DNA of 64,000 bases, taken from NCBI GenBank assembly GCA_013239625.1, contig MU054098.1, positions 2,543,104-2,607,103 on the forward strand, written 5' to 3'. Both the position numbers and the translations under genes were made by a program. Of the stretch, positions 55,986-64,000 are shown one piece after another (the first letter of the stretch is position 1; each line of letters starts with the position of its first letter). The stretch comes from Lama guanicoe. Taxonomy: Eukaryota. Below the pieces are notes generated by a model. It was not told where the DNA came from and made no database searches. It worked only from the letters and a program-made list of their open reading frames with translations.

Positions 55986-58900
55986 AGTTTAGTGTGTTTG
56001 GATAAGAAACACAATCCTGTGAGCTACTGAGGTTCTAATAATTCAGGTATCTTTGAGCACTTCATTCTCAGAAGCTCCTGATCTGAGGAAGCAGACTGAT
56101 AAGTTTGTTCAATAAATATCTGCAATCTAGTCATTTAAAAAGTGAAACATACACACAGCGCTTAAGGCCACAAGGATAAAAAAGTCACTATCTTGATAAT
56201 TTATCACATTACACAATACATTTGATCTCTAATTTTCATCATACAAACTCTCCTGATGTAGAATGTGATGGAATTAGGCAGACCAATCTTTTCTTTGGAT
56301 ACAAATAAACAAATGAAAGCTAACTTTATCATTTTCTATTATCCTTATAGCAAATGAACTCAGGTTTTTCTATGTTAGATAAAATTCCTCAAATTCCTTG
56401 GAAACCTATAGTTTATGTGTGCTTACTCATCAAGATGAAAAATATATTAAGATCTTAAGTCAATCACACTCCAGTGTCTGGTGGAAAACATTCAATTTGA
56501 AGGTTGCATGTTGCAAGTCCCTAAACAAATTGGAGACATCTTTTAAAAGGTCAGCTTTTCTAGATGACCTTCAGGTCCTGAAGAAGGCTAGACAAGAATT
56601 ATCTCCCAGGCCCAGAATTATTCAAAGGAAAAACAATCTCTAGATAGGGATGGAACAACTGAGCTAAAAGAGAAACTCTGTCTTCTTTTTCATACTTGAT
56701 TCCATGCTTAATTCCAGTTGTACCATGTGGTTCTATCTTCAAAAATAGGAAGGTTACTTCTCAGTGTCTATACTCAGAACAGGAAAAAGCAGATACACCA
56801 CTTCACTTTCTAGTGTCATCCCTGCTGACACCCTGTTCAGTCTTCTTTTAAAGCATGCTGTGATTCATACTGGGCAGACATATCCAGTACAAATGGAAAT
56901 TTCCTCAATAGGTGGCGGTGTTGTAAGGGAGGAGCATCAGAGACTCCTGCATCAGGGAAGAGTACCCAAAGATAAGCCTGCTCACGTCAAAAGTTTCGAA
57001 CAGACAGTGTCTCCGTGTCTCTTAAACCTTGAGCTAAAAAGCTTTATTCCCCTCCCCCCCAAAAAAGACAATACTTTTCCCTATAAAATGAGCTGTAACA
57101 CAGCTGATTTTCCCAAACTGGAAGTTAGAGAGTTGCTAACGTTAAAAATTTAGAAGATAATGGTTTCAAGAAAGGCCAGTGTTTCCCCAAGTTTAAGTAA
57201 GAATAAAACTATTTAAAAGTGATCAATATTGTCAGAATTTGTTATAATCTAGAGGCATGTGTATCTATGTGTTTTCAAGTACAGATTTTGTTAATGGCAT
57301 CTTTCATTAAAGGAATCTGAAACACTGAAGTTGTATTTCCTAACTGGGGCTCTCATGTCTACTTGACAAGAATACTTGCACTGAACTAAAAAAAAACCTC
57401 AAGATGCTTTCAGCATTGTACTAGAGTCTTCAAGATGAAATTGTGACAAGGGGTAAAAAGTTCAGTAGTTTTCCTTATCTTGCTAAAATGCAGTTTCATT
57501 CTTCAGAGGTATAAATGGAGATCATTTTCAAAGATTCTTTATTACCCTGAAGAGATGTGACATTTGGGACTGATGGATAGTTGTATCTGTCAATACAAAT
57601 AACTTCAGGAACTAGAGGTTTTTTTTTTCTTGGGGTTGATTTTGGTTGGTTGGTGAGCTAAGGGTTATATAGTCAGAAGAAAAACAAATTTTAAATGTGG
57701 CCTGGAGGGATAGGATTCTTAAAAAATTTAAGAAGTATGCCCTAGAGGAAATGGCTAAATACCTCTAGTCTATTAAGATATGGCTGTTAATACAAGAACA
57801 CAATAGTCAGCTTCGATGTAAAAAATATATCTAGTTGGATAATAGTGGGTTAATAATGTTCAGAGTTACATAAACCCCTGAGGAACAAAACCTTAGCCTT
57901 AAATAGAAAATAATCCACTATTTCCTAAAAGGCTGCTTTCTCATCATTGTTTTTTCTTCATTACTATTCCTAATAAAACTGAGTAGACTCCGAAAAAGAA
58001 TTTAACTTGGTGGGAAAAATAGCTCAAAAAAATGAAACAAAAACTGACTCCAAGTGTAAGTTTGACATGGAGTGAAATGAAGCATCTCTGGTCTCTTAGA
58101 AAATAGGTGTAAAACTATTGGATAATCTTTACATGTCACATAGACTTTCAGGAATTTCATATAGACATTTTTCAGATGTCCCTAAAACATCCTGATTTCA
58201 TATATTATTTCCCATTGTCAGATATATCAACCCAAGGCTTTGAAAACTGAATCACTTTATTTGTTCCTTTTTACCACTGAAGGTAGGCAGAAAAGTTATT
58301 ATAACTCATTTCACGAACAATGAAGGACTATATCCCAGAGATTTGTTCAGGACTATCTATCTGACAATGACAGAAGAACTTCAGACTCCTGGTACAATAT
58401 TTTCTCTTGAGTATACTCCACCTTCTGCTGAGCAGAGTTCTTTTATGCTGGCTTGGTAGCCTCCAAATTCACCATCAGCTAATTTAAGATGACCATAAGT
58501 TCTTTGATTTGTGAATGAAAGTTTATTAGTTAAAATCTGTTAAAACACATAATAAAATAGTGTGGACCAATAGCTAATAAGGACTACATTCAATTATAAT
58601 CTAATAACTGGCAGCAATCGTCACACATAAGAATGCAACTATGCAGTCACAACTTCCCACACACTTACAGCCAAAGCACACAGGGATGAAGAATTAGTTG
58701 CTTCCTAATTCATTACAATCTACCAGCCTATCACCCTTGGTTTCCGCACCTTTAAGTCTGTCTCGGAATGGTGAGCCTATCCCCCTCTCCATCCCTCCAT
58801 GCCATACAAGAATTGGCTTTGGTGTTGTTCTCAAGAAGATCCAGAGAAGGGCTAGTTCAGATAAAAGTCTAAAGGAGAGACGCAAGATTCCAATCAGAGG

Positions 58901-59190
58901 TAACCAATCAGTGAACTGCCAGGTTAGTTCATCCATCTCCCTCTAAATGGGCTTTTAAGTGCGTGACCTGTGTCAACTGCCAGCCAAGTATTTCTACCAA
59001 TATTAACAACTTGGGGTTGGCTAATTTTCATATGACAAAAACAGGGCTTGGTTCATAAATGTGCTTAGAAACTAACTCTCTACCATGGCTTTCCACCATA
59101 AACAGCTCCGTAACTGTTGACGACTTGTTACTTTTCTTCTTTCTCCTGATAATACCTTCCCTACTAGCTCTTATTCCTAAGTATTTTCTT

Positions 59191-59877
59191 TCTTTCTTTT
59201 TTTATTGAAGTACAGTCAGTTACAACATGTCAATTTCTGGTGTATAGCACAATGTCCCAGTCATGCATATACATACATATATTTGTTTTCATATTTTTTC
59301 ATTAAAGGTTATTACAAGATACTGAACATAGTTCTCTGTGCTATACAGAAGAAACTTTTTTAAAATCTATTTTTATATATAGTGGCTAACATTTGTAAAT
59401 CTCAAACTCCCAAATTTATCCCTCCCCACCCCCTTTCCCCAGTAACCATAAGATTGTTTACTATACCTCCAAGTCTACTTCTGTTTTGTAGATGAGTTCA
59501 TAGTGTCCTTTTTTTTTTCTTTTTAGATTCCACATATGAGTGATATCATATGGTATTTTTCTTTCTCTTTCTGGCTTAGTTCACTTAGAATGACAATCTC
59601 TAGGGCCATCCATGTTGCTGCAAATGGCATTATTCTTTTTATGGCTCAGTAGTATTCCATTGTGTAAATATACCACAACTTCTTTATCTAGTCATCTGTC
59701 AATGGACATTTAGGTTGTTTCCATGTCTTGGCTATTGTATATAGTGCTGCTATGAACATTGGGGTGCATGTATCTTTTTGAATTAGAGTTCCCTCCATTT
59801 ATATACCCAGAAGTGGGATTGCTGGATTATATGGTAATTCTATTTTTAGTTTTTTGAGGAATTTCCATACTGTTTTC
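59191..59877 (-). mobile_element. 5'-truncated L1, antisense
   Basis: T-rich tail, 3' UTR and ORF2 end; 15-bp TSD cctaagtattttctt at 59176-59190 and 59878-59892. Confidence 0.9.
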
Positions 59878-61124
59878 CCTAAGTATTTTCTTACTTCCTA
59901 CACTTACTGCTTATCACTATTAACTTTATTTCTAATTCTTTTCCATAGAGCAAACATACTTAACACAACAATCCATTGCTTGGGGCAGGGTTACATCTTA
60001 ACAATTCATAATCACATATAATCACACAAAGCAAAAATTGCAATAATTCTGAGGTGCAATTATAGTACAATCTTTCCAGGTGACTCATCTAGCCAAGAGG
60101 CTAGACTGTCTATGTATTATGACGTTGCAGCATCTTCCTGTTTGACACCTAGCGACCATGATGACCATTAGTTGTTTTATAGGCTGGTTCAAGTTTTATC
60201 TTGTTTCAATGTCTGGACTCGTCTCACAGATTTCTCTTGATGTATTTTCATGATTTGCTTGAGTAAGTGTGGTTGACTATGTTCTCTCATTACTACTAAC
60301 AGTTTTAACAAGCTCACATTAATCCGTTGTGGAATTGTTATAAAGTCCATATTCCAGAGTTCTACTTGGAAGAATAGCGACCCTTCAGCATCTATCATAT
60401 TTAAGAAGCACCAGATCTGTCCATTTACAGTTAAATTGCTCACCAAATAGAATTCACAGCAGATTGATGGTCTCTCCTTGGATGTTTCTTGATCTTGCCC
60501 AAGTATTTATGCTTTGAGTTTTATTTTGACACAAAATTATAGCCCAATTTCCTAAAGCCCAAATTTCTAGTGGAGAGTGTATATCTTCCCTGACTGTTTC
60601 TAAGCCTTTAATTAAAGTATAGATTCTCTCTTTTTACTTTTATCCAGTTCCTCTGTTGTTCTTCTTGGTTATTACATGTATAGATTTCCTTATTTAACTC
60701 TAATCACTAGTCTTCCTTATAAAACTGCTCCTATTGGAATGGAGGGATAAATGGTTACTTTCTGCTTTCCCACTCTTCTATTTAGGTTAATTTAGCATAG
60801 TTCCTTTGCACTACACCTAATATTTACAACTTTGGACATAGTACATATCTAGAGTCACCTATGCTGGGCAAGTAAGTCTCAGTTTGTCCAGTTACTGCAG
60901 CAGCAAAGTCCCTCAATCTGCTGTCTGGAATGGCTTATATCTGGTAGCCACAGTAGTTACTTGTAATATAACTTTTATTTCTCCTCTTTGTGTCTTTGTT
61001 TACCCCTGTAAGTCTCCTGGATCCATATCTACCCTATCAATCTTTCCACATAAAATTCTATTATGAAACTTTCTCATACTAATATGTTAGAGTAGCTCCA
61101 TAATTCTGATTTTCAAAAGAGTCC

Positions 61125-61425
61125 CTAAAAAATATAACAAACTAGTGAATATAACAACAGAAACAGACTCACAGATACAGAGAACAAACAAGCGGCTATC
61201 AGTGGAGAGAAGGAAGAGGGGAGGGGCAATAGGGATAGGGGAGTAAGAAGTACAAACTATTAGGTATAAAATGTCAGGGATATACTCTAGAACACAGGGA
61301 ATATAGCCAATTTTTTATAATAGCTATAAATCAAGTATAATCTTTAAAAGTTGAGAATCACTATATTGTACACCTGTAACTTATGTAACATTGTACAGCA
61401 ACTATATTTCAATTTAAAAAAATTT
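61125..61425 (+). mobile_element. L1 3' end, sense
   Basis: aaacagactcacagatacagagaacaaac...actatattgtacacctgtaac...caatttaaaaaa. Confidence 0.75.
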
Positions 61426-61592
61426 TAAAGAGACTCTGTGGTAGCTTTTCTTGATACAGCAGTCTCTTTCTTAAATTTGTTAAATAAACTTATCCTGAAA
61501 TTCAGTGGCTAAACTGACTTATGTTCCTCCTGCTACAGCTCATCCAAATTAAGACCTAGTTATATAGTCTATAATTTCCCCTATTTACCTTT

Positions 61593-61735
61593 GTTCAATT
61601 GTTTGTTTTTTTTAGGTTTCTTTGTTTTGTTTTTGGTTTGGTTTGCTTTTTGTTAATGGAGGCACTGGGGATTGAACCCAGGACCTCGTGCGTGCTAAGC
61701 ATGTGCTCTACTACTGAGCTATACCCTCACCTCTC
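61593..61735 (-). mobile_element. Vic-1-like tRNA-derived SINE with long A-rich tail
   Basis: ggaggcactggggattgaacccaggacctcgtgcgtgctaagcatgtgctctactactgagctataccc; TSD atttaccttt at 61583-61592 and 61736-61745. Confidence 0.85.
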
Positions 61736-62119
61736 ATTTACCTTTAAAGGTAGTTAATTATCTGTGTATGCAGACCTCACTTAGTATTAGATGCAACATC
61801 TGTAATGTTGGTTAGCTCTAAAACCATCTGTAGTAAATGTCTTTTTAATCCCTCTGACTATAATATGCTTTAGGATTACGTGAGTTGGTACAGTCTGGTT
61901 TTCACCAGTGTGGATTGACTTCTACCTGTCATTTCTTCACAATTTTCATACACCATTTTGTCTAATGGTACACTTTATGTCTTTAGCTAGTTGTTGCCCA
62001 TGTTGTGAGATGCAAAGGCCATTCTCTAAGAAGGAGGACCCCAGTGTCCATGGGCTTATCTGAAGGGTAGCTCTTCTTCCAAATGGAAGTGAGGGTACTG
62101 TATGGCATGCAATTAGAAT

Positions 62120-62990
62120 GATCAGTGAATTTCTTGAATGTGTACTTGGTCCCTCTCTGTTTTGATATGAGGGTCCTCCAACTATTACATTCTCCCCCTC
62201 TGGTATTTATAAATTTACTGTGGCTGTACCAGTCCACATTTTGTCTAAATTCATCATTGCTCCTAGTTCTCCATAGTTAAGATTTCTATATCAAGGTTGC
62301 AGCAGGTTCTCTTATCATAAGCCTATCAGTTATTCTTCAGAAATGTAGTTATACCCAAGAGGGTGTACTTTATCCACTTCTACTGTGGACTATCATCTCT
62401 AAGCCTGTGCCATAAGTGTTTGACATTCCATAGGTGAATCATTTTTGTTAGGGCTTTCTCTAGTCCTTCTAGTACTAGTACTTTTCTCTTGTTATTTGCT
62501 GTAACTTGCCATTTCCATTTGGGGAACAATATTGTAGAGTAGTTGTGATGTGAGTCAGCATTTGAGGGAACAATCCTGCATTGGCCTCAGCTTTTTCAAA
62601 GGTTTCTCCCTAGCAAGAGTTATCTGTAAACCTTCCTTTTTGCAGTTTTACTATCTGATAGATGTTGGTTTTTCAGAATTATTTCCTCTAGTCTGCTATA
62701 GCATCCTTTGGCTGACACGTTCTGTCCAAAAGGACAAGTAATTAGTTATAACTTTTCAAGTAAAATTGCCCCAATATTGTCTTATTAATGTGAACTTATT
62801 CACTATAATGCCATCCTGGGGGACAGTCCCCTTCTAGTGTCCACTCATTGTAGAATGGTAAAACTGGGCCCCAAGACGTGATAGAGTTCATCAGGTCTTC
62901 ATTCCATTGTTATGTAAGGAGTTTCTTTTCTTTGCTATTGTTCGTGCCTGTTATCAGAAATCCCAGCAAGAGGACAACTACAGGTAAAGA
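62120..62990 (-). mobile_element. Highly degenerate Ty3/Gypsy-like integrase relic (rve core plus GPY/F-type C-terminus)
   Basis: Ordered motif remnants on the minus strand: VHIN..ILG, LLVLLDR, QITLARE, HITTTLQYCSPNGNG, VHSRSG*STP, AYDKR, NLDKMWTGTATV, QVHIQEI. Several stops and frameshifts. Confidence 0.5.
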
Positions 62991-63152
62991 ACCATATTGC
63001 TAGTCAGAGATTTTGAAATAAATACAAAGAAGAAAAGAGACCAGCGTCTGGTGGAAATAAATCAAATCTTACTTGTTCGATAAGAGATTAATAATGAAAC
63101 TGTGCAGAACTAGGAGAAAAACTCTTATGGCTAGTATTCAGGAAAACCAGAC

Positions 63153-63158
63153 TTTATT
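63153..63158 (-). terminator. TRPC5OS: Polyadenylation signal AATAAA of TRPC5OS
   Basis: tttatt on the + strand, about 50 nt downstream of the TRPC5OS stop codon. Confidence 0.65.
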
Positions 63159-63207
63159 TGAAACAGAAATTATCAGATCTCACATGCTGGTGGGGACAAA
63201 TTAGGTC

Positions 63208-63582
<375 letters not shown>

Positions 63583-63871
63583 TCAGTAGATAAAATATTA
63601 CTAAAAGCTACAGTAAATGGACTCTAGGTGACAATGGAACTTATGGGGCTGGCAAAGGTTCTATGGTTGGTTTGGTTGAAAAATGAGGCTGTTGATATGA
63701 TGATGATGATCAAGTACAGAATGAGGCCAGTGGTCCTCTAGTGCTTTCTGATAAAGTTGGTGAACCTCCCACAAAATGTATATATGGTATTCCTGTTTGT
63801 ATTGGTAGTGATTGCTATTATAATGACCATCAGACAGATTGTCACAGCCAAGAGAAAACAGCAAAGCAGAT

Positions 63872-63904
63872 CTAATAATAGAAAAGAGAAATATAAAGTT
63901 AGTA
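63872..63904 (-). promoter_or_regulatory. TRPC5OS: 3' splice site of the TRPC5OS terminal exon (branch point, polypyrimidine tract, AG); exon begins at 63871
   Basis: Minus strand reads TACTAAC tttatatttctcttttctattattAG|ATCTGC, with a perfect TACTAAC at 63904-63898. Confidence 0.75.
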
Positions 63905-64000
63905 TCCTTGAGCCTTTATGCATCCTACAGGTTCTGGCTATAGGACAAGGTTGAAAGAGCACCCCTAGCTATTGCTCCTCCTTTCTTGGTGGTTTTATGA

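Noticed and set aside
55382..56005. 207-aa reverse transcriptase ORF as a novel RT gene or system
   Set aside because: Ordinary L1 ORF2 fragment with a non-ATG start and no independent gene structure.

Overview
Mammalian genomic DNA from the X-linked TRPC5 locus. The tRNA-Ala-derived Vic-1-like SINEs, and the apparent absence of Alu/B1/Bov-A/PRE-type SINEs, suggest a camelid. The + strand carries the first two coding exons of TRPC5 (22656-23054 with ATG at 22677; 51088-51609), encoding aa 1-300. The - strand carries the nested antisense gene TRPC5OS (ORF 63567-63208), with a clear acceptor, branch point and polyA signal. The rest is intronic: L1, L2, MIR, hAT MITEs (MER3/5A/20/58/63), MLT1 LTRs, SINEs and a FAU processed pseudogene. 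Main unexplained observations: (1) a heavily decayed Ty3/Gypsy-type integrase, with motifs in the correct order, directly downstream of and co-oriented with TRPC5OS; (2) a SINE + L1 3'-end chimera inside one 18-bp TSD that keeps a Pol III-like T-run at the junction; (3) a 27-bp in-frame tandem duplication in TRPC5OS; (4) an ~88-bp dispersed direct duplication; (5) inverted repeat pairs around exons 2-3 that could favour a translatable circRNA. Repeat family names and boundaries come from recognition by eye and are approximate.
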